Origin: Candidatus Pacearchaeota archaeon
Lineage (GTDB): Archaea; Nanobdellota; Nanobdellia; Pacearchaeales; GW2011-AR1
DNA: 64,000 nucleotides
Reading direction: 5' to 3'
Assembly: GCA_016188895.1 (NCBI GenBank)
Contig: JACPGZ010000017.1
Coordinates: 2,538 to 66,537, forward strand
Below, piece after piece: positions 9,233-17,865 of this stretch. The position numbers and the translations under genes are program-made. Under the pieces are notes generated by a model, which was given only the letters and a program-made list of their open reading frames with translations, did not search any database and was not told where the DNA came from. Position 1 is the first letter of the stretch. Every line of letters starts with the position of its first letter.

Positions 9233-9585
9233 CTAGATATTCAGGAAAAAATCAAAAAATTTAATGATGAAAGAGAATGGAGTTCGCCACACACGATAAA
9301 AGATTTATTGCTTAATATGAATGAGGAGATAGGTGAATTCTGGAACATAATTAAATGGGTTGATACAGAAATGCAGCAAAATTAATTAAACAAGAGAAGG
9401 AAGATGTTGATAATTTTATAGGAGATATGGTATATTTAATCCTTAAGATTTCTTATTTGTGCAATGTTGATTCAAAAAAGGCAGTTGAAGATGTTCTGGT
9501 AGAGTATGAAAAAAGATTTCCTGTAGACAAAGCTAAAGGCAGCCATGGAAATAAGCTGGCTGGAGGTATTGATTTGAAGCAATGA
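9233..9585 (+). pseudogene. MazG-like NTP pyrophosphohydrolase interrupted by a stop/frameshift near 9383
   Basis: Frame 2 gives ...NEEIGEFWNIIKWVDTEMQQN-stop. The +2 frame continues LIKQEKEDVDNFIGDMVYLILKISYLCNVDSKKAVEDVLVEYEKRF (MazG EExxE/D motifs) to the stop at 9585. Confidence 0.5.
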
Positions 9586-9628
9586 GCAAAAAGAAAGCCT
9601 TTTAAACCTTGCTTTTAATGATGTTAGC

Positions 9629-9826
9629 ATGATAATTCCAATTCGTTGTTTTTCATGCAACAAACCCATTGCTCATTTATGGGAGAAATACAAAGAAAGA
9701 ATAGCTAATGGAGAAGAGCCTGCGAAAGTGCTTACTGATCTAGGATTGACAAGATATTGCTGCAGATCAGTGTTCTTGGGGCATGTGGATCTTCTTCAAG
9801 AAATAGCAAAATTCAAGAAGTTTTAG
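9629..9826 (+). CDS. rpoN: DNA-directed RNA polymerase subunit N (Rpb10)
   Basis: MIIPIRCFSCNKPIAHLWEKY...RYCCR: Rpo10 zinc-bundle signature, 65 aa. Confidence 0.8.
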   Translation: MIIPIRCFSCNKPIAHLWEKYKERIANGEEPAKVLTDLGLTRYCCRSVFLGHVDLLQEIAKFKKF

Positions 9827-9858
9827 CCCGGAGTTTAATAACAACCGTTAAACTACAA

Positions 9859-9885
9859 GCCCACTCTGTATGGCATCGGAGTTGG
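9859..9885 (+). repeat. dispersed repeat copy (variant gcccactctgtatggcatcggagttgg) between rpoN and rpl1
   Basis: Core matches with 3 substitutions. Lies in the 5' UTR just before the rpl1 RBS. Confidence 0.7.
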
Positions 9886-9904
9886 ATAGAACGTAGGAGG
9901 TTAT

Positions 9905-10534
9905 ATGAAAGAAGAAATATTGAAAGTATTGAAAGAACTGAGAAAGTCTAAAGAAAGGAAATTTGACCAGAGCATAGATTTTATTCTAAACCTGAAAAAA
10001 TTTGACCCTAAGAAAGAATCTGTAAATCTTTTTGTATTCCTGCCCCATAAAATTTCTGACAGAAAGATTTGTGCGTTTTTGACAAAAAAATCAAAGATTG
10101 TGGATACAATCATTAAGGAAGAGTTTGACAGATTCAAGGATAAAAAAAGCATTAAGAAACTTATAGAGCAATATGACTTCTTTATGGCTTCTTCTTCTCT
10201 TATGCCAGTAATTGCTACAAAATTTGGCAGATACCTTGGACCTGCTGGAAAGATGCCAAATCCGCAGAATGGGGTAATAACAACTGAAACAGACGAGACT
10301 GTTAAAAATGTCCTGGAGAAATTTAATACTGCTATAAGGATAATAACAAAAGAGCCATCTATCAAGCTTAGAATAGGAAAGTTAAGCATGACAGATGAGC
10401 AAATAGCTGAGAATGTGGCTCATGTGTTCAATATACTTATCAATGCTCTTCCTAAAAAACAGGAAAATATAAAGTCTTTGATGATTAAACTAACAATGAG
10501 CAAACCTGTGAGGATAAAATGGGAGTCAAAGTAA
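9905..10534 (+). CDS. rpl1: 50S ribosomal protein L1P
   Basis: Conserved L1 motifs (FDQSIDF, GRYLGPAGKMPNP). Strong RBS AGGAGG at 9894. Confidence 0.9.
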   Translation: MKEEILKVLKELRKSKERKFDQSIDFILNLKKFDPKKESVNLFVFLPHKISDRKICAFLTKKSKIVDTIIKEEFDRFKDKKSIKKLIEQYDFFMASSSLMPVIATKFGRYLGPAGKMPNPQNGVITTETDETVKNVLEKFNTAIRIITKEPSIKLRIGKLSMTDEQIAENVAHVFNILINALPKKQENIKSLMIKLTMSKPVRIKWESK

Positions 10535-11304
10535 AAATCTCTGATAAAAAAAGAACATTGCTGAAAGATATTGTTTCTCTTATTAACAAATATAAAACAA
10601 TTATGGTTTGCTCTATCCAAAACCTTCCATCAAGCCAGTTTCAGTCAATAAGAAAAACATTAAGAGATATATGCATTATAAAAGCATTCAAAAAGAACAT
10701 TGTTGTCAGGGCAATTGATAGCATAAAAAATGATAAAATCTCCAAATTAAAGGACATAATTGAGGCAAATTGCGTTCTTTTATTCTCTGAAAAAGATCCT
10801 TTTGAATTGTCAGCAATACTTAATGACAGCAAAACATCATCTTTTGCCAGGGCTGGAAATACAGCACCCATGGACATAACAATTGAGCCAGGGCCAACAG
10901 AACTTGTGCCAGGGCCTGCAATTAGTGAATTTGGAGCATTAGGAATAAAGATTGCTGTTGAAGATGGAAAGATATCTATAAGAGAGCCTAAAACAATAGC
11001 AAAGAAGGGGGAAGAAATTAATGGTAAAGCTGCAAGCATAATGATGAAGCTTGGCATTAAGCCTATTTTTATTGGATTAGAGCCTCTTGCAGCATATTCT
11101 AGAAAAGATAATGTGTTATATAAAGATATAAAAGTTGATAGGGCTGAAACGCTATCTGAATTGAGAGAAATTTATTCTAAAGCTCTTGCATTTGCAGTAA
11201 GCATATCATATGCATGCAGAGAGACAATATCTTACCTTCTTTTCAAGGCATATAGAAATGAAATGGTTTTGCAAAGATTTTTAAATATTGAAAAATCAAC
11301 TTAA
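10519..11304 (+). CDS. rpl10: 50S ribosomal protein L10 (acidic P0)
   Basis: N-terminal L10/P0 domain. Order L1-L10-L12. Confidence 0.85.
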   Translation: MGVKVKISDKKRTLLKDIVSLINKYKTIMVCSIQNLPSSQFQSIRKTLRDICIIKAFKKNIVVRAIDSIKNDKISKLKDIIEANCVLLFSEKDPFELSAILNDSKTSSFARAGNTAPMDITIEPGPTELVPGPAISEFGALGIKIAVEDGKISIREPKTIAKKGEEINGKAASIMMKLGIKPIFIGLEPLAAYSRKDNVLYKDIKVDRAETLSELREIYSKALAFAVSISYACRETISYLLFKAYRNEMVLQRFLNIEKST

Positions 11305-11315
11305 ACGCAGGAAAA

Positions 11316-11597
11316 ATGGAATATTTATACGCTGTTTTACTTTTACATAAATTAGGAAAGCCTATAGATGAAGAGCATCTAAAGAAGGTTGTATCAGCAG
11401 CTGGAGTAAATGTTGATGAGGCAAAAATTAAGACAGTTGTTGCAAGCCTGCACGGAGTTGACATAGAGAAAGAGCTTGCAAGCGCGTCATTGGCAATGGC
11501 TGTCTCTCAAGAGAAACCGAGCGAGGCTAAGGAAGAGAAGAAAAAGGAAGAAAAGCCGAGTGAAGCGGCAGAGGGTTTGAGCTCATTATTTGGTTAG
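11316..11597 (+). CDS. rpl12: 50S ribosomal protein L12 (P1 stalk protein)
   Basis: MEYLYAVLLLH... N-terminal dimerisation helix, Ala/Glu/Lys hinge, conserved C-terminal GLSSLFG. Confidence 0.85.
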   Translation: MEYLYAVLLLHKLGKPIDEEHLKKVVSAAGVNVDEAKIKTVVASLHGVDIEKELASASLAMAVSQEKPSEAKEEKKKEEKPSEAAEGLSSLFG

Positions 11598-11661
11598 ATT
11601 AATTTGTTCTTATTATAGTTAATACTAAAACTTTAAAAGAAAGGTATCTTCTCATTTGTAT

Positions 11662-11757
11662 GCCGCTGTCGCATAATGGTAGTGCACCAGCCTTGAGTTA
11701 TAAAAATAAGTAAGCTGGGCCCTTCGGGGCTTCCAGGTTCGATTCCTGGCAGCGGCG
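11662..11757 (+). tRNA. tRNA-Ser (anticodon TGA/UGA) with a ~15-nt intron at the canonical 37/38 position and a long variable arm
   Basis: Acceptor GCCGCTG/CAGCGGC, discriminator G. D-stem GCAT/GTGC. Anticodon stem CCAGC/GCTGG with loop CTTGAG, then intron TTATAAAAATAAGTA. Variable hairpin GCCCTTCGGGGC. T-arm CCAGG-TTCGATT-CCTGG. Confidence 0.7.
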
Positions 11758-11758
11758 T

Positions 11759-12277
11759 TCAGTATTGTTCTTGGTAAATCCTGTTTTTCTTGATTGGAAG
11801 ATTAGAATCAAGTCTCTTATGCATGGATTCTAGCTTCTTAATCTCTTTTTCCAACCCATTTTCTGTTCCATTATTTATGCTTTTTAATAAACTTTCTAAA
11901 GCCTTTGTGTATACTATTATAAATGCTCTTTGCTCTTCTAATGCCTTATTCATTCTATTTTTATGCGAGTCTAATCTTGAGTCAATTAATAATTGAATTC
12001 CTGAATTTAGTTTTTCAGCTTCTCTTTTATTTACTTTTGTTTTAATATAATCTCTCGCCATTAATCCTCCTGCAAATAATAATCCTCCTAAAACAGCGAT
12101 TCCTGTATATGGTGCTTTTATTACATCAAGCATATCAATCTGCTGGGAAAGATGATTATAGTATTGATGAAAGATGTTTTTTGCCATTGCTGTAACTCCT
12201 GTAATAAGTCCTGTATATTGCGCCAGATATGCTATGCAATTAGCAGTTCTTTCCAGATTGCCTAAATTTTCAGTCAT
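11759..12277 (-). CDS. hypothetical membrane/coiled-coil protein
   Basis: 172-aa ORF with one hydrophobic segment (IAVLGGLLFAGGLMA) and a coiled-coil tail. No family recognised. Confidence 0.35.
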   Translation of the reverse strand: MTENLGNLERTANCIAYLAQYTGLITGVTAMAKNIFHQYYNHLSQQIDMLDVIKAPYTGIAVLGGLLFAGGLMARDYIKTKVNKREAEKLNSGIQLLIDSRLDSHKNRMNKALEEQRAFIIVYTKALESLLKSINNGTENGLEKEIKKLESMHKRLDSNLPIKKNRIYQEQY

Positions 12278-12345
12278 TTTTAAAAAAATTAAACTATACA
12301 GAAATAAATCTTTATAAAACTTATGGTGATATTACTATTGTCGTA

Positions 12346-12924
12346 TTATTTTTTCAATGCTTTTCTGTGTATAATTGTTCTTCCTTGCTTTGCAACGTGC
12401 TTTTGCTCATGGGCTGTTTTTTCAGCTGTTTTCAATCCTGCTTCAATTGTTGCTTCTTTCTTTTCTTTTTCCTCTATCTTTTGTTCTTCTGTTTTTTCAG
12501 GCTTTTCTTCTAATTTCTCCTCTTGTTTTTCTTTTGTTTCCTCTTTTACTTTCTCTGCCTTTTTCTTTTCCTCTTCAGTTTGTTTTTTCCTTTTTTCTTC
12601 ACGAATCACGCGCCATTTTACAGCTTCTGGAATTATGGCAAGCTCTACATTGACTATGTCTTCTTGTTTTTTTGCTTTGACCTTTATTTTTGTGGGTGGC
12701 TTTGAAATGCCTCTAAACCATATTTCTTCATTTAGATATTTGTTAATCTTAACTTTTCTTATGTCCCTGTCTTGAACTTTCATATGCTTTGCTATGAAAA
12801 TTTTAATTGCCTTGATAGCGCGATTTGTTCTTCTATATCTTGGAACTTTAAGCCACTGCTTTCTTAAAGGTATTACATATTCCCGTTCAAGAACAGCTTT
12901 AGGTTTATCTGCCATTTTATCCAA
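12346..12924 (-). CDS. rpl31e: 50S ribosomal protein L31e with a long Lys/Glu-rich C-terminal extension
   Basis: REYVIPLRKQWLKVPRYRRTNRAIKAIKIFIAKHMKV...EEIWFRGISKPPTKIKV is the L31e core. It is followed by ~90 aa of KE-rich low complexity. Confidence 0.8.
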   Translation of the reverse strand: MDKMADKPKAVLEREYVIPLRKQWLKVPRYRRTNRAIKAIKIFIAKHMKVQDRDIRKVKINKYLNEEIWFRGISKPPTKIKVKAKKQEDIVNVELAIIPEAVKWRVIREEKRKKQTEEEKKKAEKVKEETKEKQEEKLEEKPEKTEEQKIEEKEKKEATIEAGLKTAEKTAHEQKHVAKQGRTIIHRKALKK

Positions 12925-13117
12925 TAAACTCCTTTTTTACTCTTCGTGGCTTGAGCTTCAACTTTCTGGTTCTCCAGTTTCTTCTTACTCTTGTTATTGC
13001 AGAAGGATGCACTCTCTTGCCTTTGCCAAATTTTTTTAATATAATCCAAAATGGAGCCCATTTTGTCCTTCTTTCCAGTTTTGCAAGATGAACTTTTTTC
13101 TGATAATGTTTCGTCAT
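12917..13117 (-). CDS. rpl39e: 50S ribosomal protein L39e
   Basis: 66-aa highly basic protein, ...RVHPSAITRVRRNWRTRKLK. Confidence 0.8.
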   Translation of the reverse strand: MTKHYQKKVHLAKLERRTKWAPFWIILKKFGKGKRVHPSAITRVRRNWRTRKLKLKPRRVKKEFIG

Positions 13118-13398
13118 TTTTTATCAGGTTTAGCAAGAAAATCTAAAATATCTTTTGTAACAACCCCTCCTTGTCTTAATTGTTCTAATATTGATGGATA
13201 ATGTGTTCCTATTACTTCTTCTCTATATATCCTATCATCTGCTGAAGCATTAAATCCTAATCTTGCTCTTCCCTTTTTAATTTCTACCAAAGTTATAATT
13301 ATTGGATTAGCATTTTCTCTTAAGATATATATTTTTTCATCTTGCTCTCTTGCTATAACAAGTCCTATTTTGTCAGGATTATAGTTTTCAGATGTCAT
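13114..13398 (-). CDS. CsrA-like small RNA-binding protein (tentative)
   Basis: IGLVIAREQDEKIYI...IIITLVEIKKGRARLGFNASADDRIYREEV resembles bacterial CsrA (LVLSRK..E.I.I....I.V..V.G.QVKLGI.AP....I.R.EI). Start overlaps the stop of the upstream PDCD5-like gene. Confidence 0.4.
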   Translation of the reverse strand: MTSENYNPDKIGLVIAREQDEKIYILRENANPIIITLVEIKKGRARLGFNASADDRIYREEVIGTHYPSILEQLRQGGVVTKDILDFLAKPDKK

Positions 13399-13613
13399 CT
13401 TAAACTCCTTAATATCTCTTTTAATTTTGCATCATCAATTTCTTCAATTCCAGATTGAACTATTTGCGTTATTTGAACAATTGCCTTTAATGCTCTCTCT
13501 GGATGTGCAAGCTTTAAATTTCCGTATCTTGATATTGCTTCTTTTGTCATATGCTTTTTTGCAAATGACTCTATCATCTCAATGTTCTTTTCTATGTTTT
13601 CTTGTTCTGTCAT
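13395..13613 (-). CDS. PDCD5/TFAR19-like DNA-binding protein (COG2118)
   Basis: ...AISRYGNLKLAHPERALKAIVQITQIVQSG...LKEILRSL matches the PDCD5 C-terminal motif. This is the usual position next to S19e/L39e/L31e in archaea. Confidence 0.55.
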   Translation of the reverse strand: MTEQENIEKNIEMIESFAKKHMTKEAISRYGNLKLAHPERALKAIVQITQIVQSGIEEIDDAKLKEILRSLR

Positions 13614-13618
13614 TTTAA

Positions 13619-14032
13619 TTATTTTAATTTATTTGCAGTTTCTTCTAAAAACTTTGTTCCTTTGTCAGTCAGCTTTCTGCCTGTTCTTTTTCCTTTTACT
13701 TTTTCAAGAAAACCTGCTTTTTCAGCTTGCTGCAAGATAACTCGGATAATTTTTCCGCTTGCTTTTCTGAACATCTCTGGCTTCATTCCTCTAATCTGCC
13801 TTCCTCCGTATCTTGTTCTAAGCCTGTTAACCCCAACAACCCTGTTTTTATGTATCTGCCTTAAGATGCTTGCAGCTCTTTTATACCAGAAGTCATCATC
13901 AGCAGGCGGTCTTGATTTTGACGGGCCTGTTTTAACATAAGACGCCCACTCTGGCATGGTAAACTCTTTCAAATTTTTCAATTCGCTTGCTAGTGTTTCA
14001 TTGAATTTTTGCGCATCAACTTCATATATCAT
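13619..14032 (-). CDS. rps19e: 30S ribosomal protein S19e
   Basis: EWASYVKTG...DDDFWYKRAASILRQI...RLRTRYGG...ASGKIIRVILQQAEKAGFLEK. Confidence 0.85.
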   Translation of the reverse strand: MIYEVDAQKFNETLASELKNLKEFTMPEWASYVKTGPSKSRPPADDDFWYKRAASILRQIHKNRVVGVNRLRTRYGGRQIRGMKPEMFRKASGKIIRVILQQAEKAGFLEKVKGKRTGRKLTDKGTKFLEETANKLK

Positions 14033-14130
14033 GAGAAATCTGGAGAATCTTGGCTTATAAATGTTATGGCTTTGAAAAGGTAAATATTAAATACATATCA
14101 AAATAAGTAGATTAGAGGTAAATAAGGTAA

Positions 14131-14158
14131 GGGGAACTACGTTCCCCCTTAGACCCCC
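14131..14158 (+). promoter_or_regulatory. conserved hairpin motif GGGGAACTACGTTCCCC + CTTAGACCCC upstream of the antiporter gene (second copy at 19905..19935)
   Basis: Perfect 7-bp stem/3-nt loop followed by CTTAGACCCC. A near-identical motif lies ~40 nt upstream of another gene start at 19975. Confidence 0.35.
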
Positions 14159-14178
14159 AATAAACCCTGGACAAAAAG

Positions 14179-15132
14179 ATGGTATATATCAATTTCTTGG
14201 TGCTTGCATTATGGATTGTTTTATTAGTGGGGGGATCTGATTATTTTGTTAAATCTGCATCAAGAATTGCCAAAAGATTAGGGGTATCTGAGCTGGTCAT
14301 TGGTTTAATACTTGTGGCAAATGGCACATCTATTCCAGAGCTTACTGTATCTATATTTTCGGCAATTAAAGGACATACAGAAATTATAGCTGGAAATATT
14401 GTTGGGAGTAATATAGCTGATCTTGCATGGATTGCAGGATTAAGTGCATTGCTATATGGTGGAATGAAGACAAATAAATTAATTTTGAGGAGAGATGGCT
14501 ATATGATGCTCTTTACAACTATTATATTTTTTGTATTTGCACTAACAGGAAGCATAAAATGGTATATGGGTATATTATTTTTGATATTGTATGCAGGATA
14601 TACATATTTTTTATTAAAGAAGAAGCATAGAGGAGAAAAACACCATCTGAAAGAGCATCTCGAGATTAAAGATGGTCTATGGAAGGATATATTAATATTT
14701 ATTATTAGTTGTATAGCAATTTTTATTGGCGGAAAATATCTTGTTGGAGAGATAATATTTATTGCAGCTTTTTTTAGTATTCCTGAAACAGCAATTGGAA
14801 TATTAAATGCAATTGGCACAACACTGCCTGAATTAACAGTTTCTATAATAGCTGGAAGAAAAGGAATGTTAGATTTATTATGGGGCAATATAATTGGAAG
14901 TAATATTACAAACATACTATTTGTTGTTGGAGCATCTTCATTGATTTCTCCCGTTGAAATCATTAAGTTATCTTCTTACTTTACAATTCCGTTTTTGCTT
15001 GGATTGACAATTCTCTCGCTTATATTTATGAGAACCAAATGGAAGGTTTCGCGTTTTGAGGGCGGGATTCTTTTTGCTTTGTATCTGATATTCCTTGCTG
15101 GATTATTTTATTTAAGGACTGGATTGATTTGA
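14179..15132 (+). CDS. Ca2+/Na+ antiporter, CaCA family (YrbG-like)
   Basis: Two alpha-repeat signatures (GTSIPELTVSI...GNIVGSNI and GTTLPELTVSI...GNIIGSNI). ~10 TM segments. Confidence 0.8.
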   Translation: MVYINFLVLALWIVLLVGGSDYFVKSASRIAKRLGVSELVIGLILVANGTSIPELTVSIFSAIKGHTEIIAGNIVGSNIADLAWIAGLSALLYGGMKTNKLILRRDGYMMLFTTIIFFVFALTGSIKWYMGILFLILYAGYTYFLLKKKHRGEKHHLKEHLEIKDGLWKDILIFIISCIAIFIGGKYLVGEIIFIAAFFSIPETAIGILNAIGTTLPELTVSIIAGRKGMLDLLWGNIIGSNITNILFVVGASSLISPVEIIKLSSYFTIPFLLGLTILSLIFMRTKWKVSRFEGGILFALYLIFLAGLFYLRTGLI

Positions 15133-15159
15133 TTAACTCCGATGCCCTATGGAATGGGC
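15133..15159 (-). repeat. dispersed repeat copy (minus orientation) at the YhbY 3' end / antiporter 3' end
   Basis: Reverse complement ggagaaaagcccattccatagggcatcggagttaa. It encodes the YhbY C-terminus AHSIGHRS-stop. Confidence 0.85.
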
Positions 15160-15387
15160 TTTTCTCCATTTTTTTATGAAGATAGTGTAGCCAACAATCT
15201 TGCTTGTGTATTTGTTACCTAGCTCATTAATAATTGACGTATTAATTTCTTTTAACTTTTCCCTGTCCCTGCAGAAATTTTTGAGTACAGTAATCCTTAC
15301 ACTGTCTGAATTTTTAAAGGCATTTTTCACACTCGCCAGAAAACCTGATGTTATGCCTTTCTTTCCAAGCTGAATTGTTATTTGCAT
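15133..15387 (-). CDS. YhbY/CRM-domain RNA-binding protein
   Basis: IQLGKKGITSGFLASVKNAFKNSDSVRITVLKN pattern of the CRM/YhbY fold. C-terminus AHSIGHRS is contributed by a dispersed repeat copy. Confidence 0.6.
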   Translation of the reverse strand: MQITIQLGKKGITSGFLASVKNAFKNSDSVRITVLKNFCRDREKLKEINTSIINELGNKYTSKIVGYTIFIKKWRKAHSIGHRS

Positions 15388-15929
15388 ATTGCGAATCTTC
15401 CTGAAGGCAATGCCTCAATTATCTCTTGCTTGCTGCGTTTTAAAATCTTGCTAATCTGATATGCAAACAGCTCTTTTTCTATTCCGCCGATTGTGATGCA
15501 TAATTTGCTTGTTTTTGCCGGAATAAATCTGGCTTTTCCTTCTTGCTCTTTGTAATATAATTTGAGCTCTATTGTCTTTTTATCAGATATTTTTCTTACT
15601 CCAAATGTGCCTTCTTTCATGCTCTTTTTCTTGTAAATATCCTTTGAATAAAACCAGTGCACTTCTGTAAGTTTCTTGTTGTTTTTCCATGACTTGCTAA
15701 AGCATCCGCAAAAAATAAGGCATTCGTCCAAATCTTTTGCTGAATATTTATCAGAAAGAATAATGCAGAATGGGCTTCCTGGCTCTTTTGTGTGGGTAAT
15801 GACACATTCTGATTTATCTTTCATAACATACTGCATTATTTCCTCGTTCTGCTTGGCATTCTTGCCTCCGATAACTAACTTGCCAGATGAGGTGAAAAAC
15901 CAGCGGTATTTTTGGTAGTTTTGAAGCAT
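15378..15929 (-). CDS. NFACT-R (DUF814) domain protein
   Basis: RWFFTSSGKLVIGGKNAKQNEEI is the DUF814/NFACT-R signature. Confidence 0.5.
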   Translation of the reverse strand: MLQNYQKYRWFFTSSGKLVIGGKNAKQNEEIMQYVMKDKSECVITHTKEPGSPFCIILSDKYSAKDLDECLIFCGCFSKSWKNNKKLTEVHWFYSKDIYKKKSMKEGTFGVRKISDKKTIELKLYYKEQEGKARFIPAKTSKLCITIGGIEKELFAYQISKILKRSKQEIIEALPSGRFAICK

Positions 15930-16025
15930 GCTTGGGAAAGGAATTAAGGATTTTTATGTTTAATGGTTGAGTTCAACAATTTTTAAATATCATCAAATTT
16001 AAATATCATCAAAAAATGATAAGAT

Positions 16026-16544
16026 ATGGCTTTTGATTTTAATTTTCACGGGATTGAAGACAGAACTGATTTGAAAGAACTTATTGACTTTCTTGCATAT
16101 CAGGATTTAGGTTATCCTCGCTATCAAGAATGGGTTCAGAGAACAGAGCATGAATTGGATTCTGGATACAAAAAAGCTATTCTTGCTTTTAGCGAAAGGT
16201 ATTTAGTCGCTGATCTTATATATCAACAGCATAAGGAAGCTGCATGTTTCTTGGAACTAAAAAATCTTCGTATACATCCTGCCTTTCGTTTAAGAGGTTT
16301 TGGAAGATTTATGCTTCGTCAAGTTGAGGTTGAACATGCTGAACAATATGAAGCTATAATTTGTGATGCCAGAGCGAATCAATCTGATACTATCAAATTT
16401 CTTGAATCATGTGGATATTCGCCACTTATTACTTGCCCTCTTTATGATCAAAACACTCCAGAAATAGTCATGATAAAATCCTTAAATAAGGATAAAAAGC
16501 AATTTATTATAGCAACAGCACTTGATTTTATTAAACCCAATTGA
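16026..16544 (+). CDS. GNAT-family N-acetyltransferase (tentative)
   Basis: LELKNLRIHPAFRLRGFGRFML resembles GNAT motif A (Q/RxxGxG/A). Confidence 0.45.
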   Translation: MAFDFNFHGIEDRTDLKELIDFLAYQDLGYPRYQEWVQRTEHELDSGYKKAILAFSERYLVADLIYQQHKEAACFLELKNLRIHPAFRLRGFGRFMLRQVEVEHAEQYEAIICDARANQSDTIKFLESCGYSPLITCPLYDQNTPEIVMIKSLNKDKKQFIIATALDFIKPN

Positions 16545-16595
16545 TTAAATCTCATTTTTCAAAACCTCTTTAAACCCTTAATTCCTCTTATTGGA

Positions 16596-17492
16596 ATGAA
16601 GATAAATATTGTGTTTTTAGGAACAGGCTCGTCAATTCCAACTGCAAAGCGGAATCATCCTGGAATTTTGCTGCAGTATGGTGCAGAGCAGATTCTGATT
16701 GACTGCGGTGAAGGAATTCAAAGGCAGTTCAGGATAGAAGGGCTTAATCCGTGCAATATAACGAGAATATTGATTACTCATTGGCATGGCGACCATGTTC
16801 TAGGCATTCCAGGACTGCTGCAAACACTTGTTCATAATAACTACAACAAGAAACTATTTATCTATGGGCCAAGAGGAACAAAGAAATACATGGAAGTTAT
16901 GATGCAGATGTTTATTTTTCATGGACGGCTTGACATAAAGATTGAGGAAGTTGAAGGCAGATTTCTTGATGCCAGGGATTTTTATATTGATGCTGCTCCT
17001 ATGAAACATAATATTGAGGCGAATGCTTATGCATTTGTTGAGAAAGACAAATTAAGAATTAAAAAAGATGTTCTCAAGAAGAAAAAGATTTCAAACTCGC
17101 CTGAACTTAAAAGTTTGTTGCTGGGAAAGGATGCAAAGATTGGCAGTATTATCTTGAAGGCCAAAGAATCAACATATCTGCAAAAAGGCAAGAAAATCGC
17201 TATTGTTCTTGACACTTTGATGAATGAAAATGTGATAAAGATAGCTAAAGACTCCTCGTTGCTTATATGTGAGTCTAGCTTTTCAAAAGATGAGGAAGAT
17301 AAAGCGGAAGAATATTTTCATTTAACTGCAGAACAGGCTGCGGCAATTGCAGAAAAGGCAAATGCAGAGCAGTTAATTCTTGTGCACTTAAGCCAGAGAT
17401 ATGATAAAAGCGAAAGTAAGATTTTGGCTGAAGCTAAAAAGGTATTTCCTAAAACCAGGATTGCTCATGATTTTATGAAATTAGAAATATAA
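16596..17492 (+). CDS. rnz: ribonuclease Z (tRNA 3' endonuclease)
   Basis: Metallo-beta-lactamase HxHxDH motif (ITHWHGDHVLGIPGLL). N-terminal FLGTGSSIP...GILLQ. ~300 aa. Confidence 0.85.
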   Translation: MKINIVFLGTGSSIPTAKRNHPGILLQYGAEQILIDCGEGIQRQFRIEGLNPCNITRILITHWHGDHVLGIPGLLQTLVHNNYNKKLFIYGPRGTKKYMEVMMQMFIFHGRLDIKIEEVEGRFLDARDFYIDAAPMKHNIEANAYAFVEKDKLRIKKDVLKKKKISNSPELKSLLLGKDAKIGSIILKAKESTYLQKGKKIAIVLDTLMNENVIKIAKDSSLLICESSFSKDEEDKAEEYFHLTAEQAAAIAEKANAEQLILVHLSQRYDKSESKILAEAKKVFPKTRIAHDFMKLEI

Positions 17493-17510
17493 AAACAACC
17501 AGCAGGTCAT

Positions 17511-17529
17511 CAAAAACCTTTGGTTTTTG
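17511..17529. terminator. hairpin CAAAAACC-TT-TGGTTTTTG between convergent rnz and Sm genes
   Basis: Inverted repeat with 8-bp stem flanked by T/A runs, in a 110-bp convergent intergenic region. Confidence 0.3.
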
Positions 17530-17604
17530 ACTGCTGTCAAAAATGCAATTTTGCAACATTTTTGAAGTTTTATGAATCCTGCAACCAGAAATATAGGTGT
17601 GCTA

Positions 17605-17865
17605 TTATGTAGCTGAAGATGCTGTTGATGCTGGCGAGATGAATATAATTGTATCTCCGCGCAAAAATGTTAAGCCGACATTTCTCTTTACTTCTCCATT
17701 ATGCAGCTCTTTGGCATTATCCAATACAATATTGATGTGTATATCAAATGCTTTTAAAGTTCCTGTAACCTGCTTCTCATTCTTTAACTGCACTAAAATT
17801 TCCTTTCCCTTAGAGCTGTTCAATAAATCAAGCGGGCGCTCTATGTTATTTGCCATAAAGTGCAC
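17605..17865 (-). CDS. Sm-like archaeal protein (LSm)
   Basis: PLDLLNSSKGKEILVQLKNEKQVTGTLKAFDIHINIVLDNAKE is the Sm1/Sm2 pattern. Probable start at the second Met. Confidence 0.75.
   Translation of the reverse strand: MHFMANNIERPLDLLNSSKGKEILVQLKNEKQVTGTLKAFDIHINIVLDNAKELHNGEVKRNVGLTFLRGDTIIFISPASTASSAT

Noticed and set aside
12323-12775. Plus-strand low-complexity ORFs (12323-12775, 12375-12653, 12523-12705)
   Set aside because: They are antisense to the KE-rich tail of rpl31e; the Phe/Leu/Ser-rich translations are artefacts of the AAG/GAA-rich coding strand.
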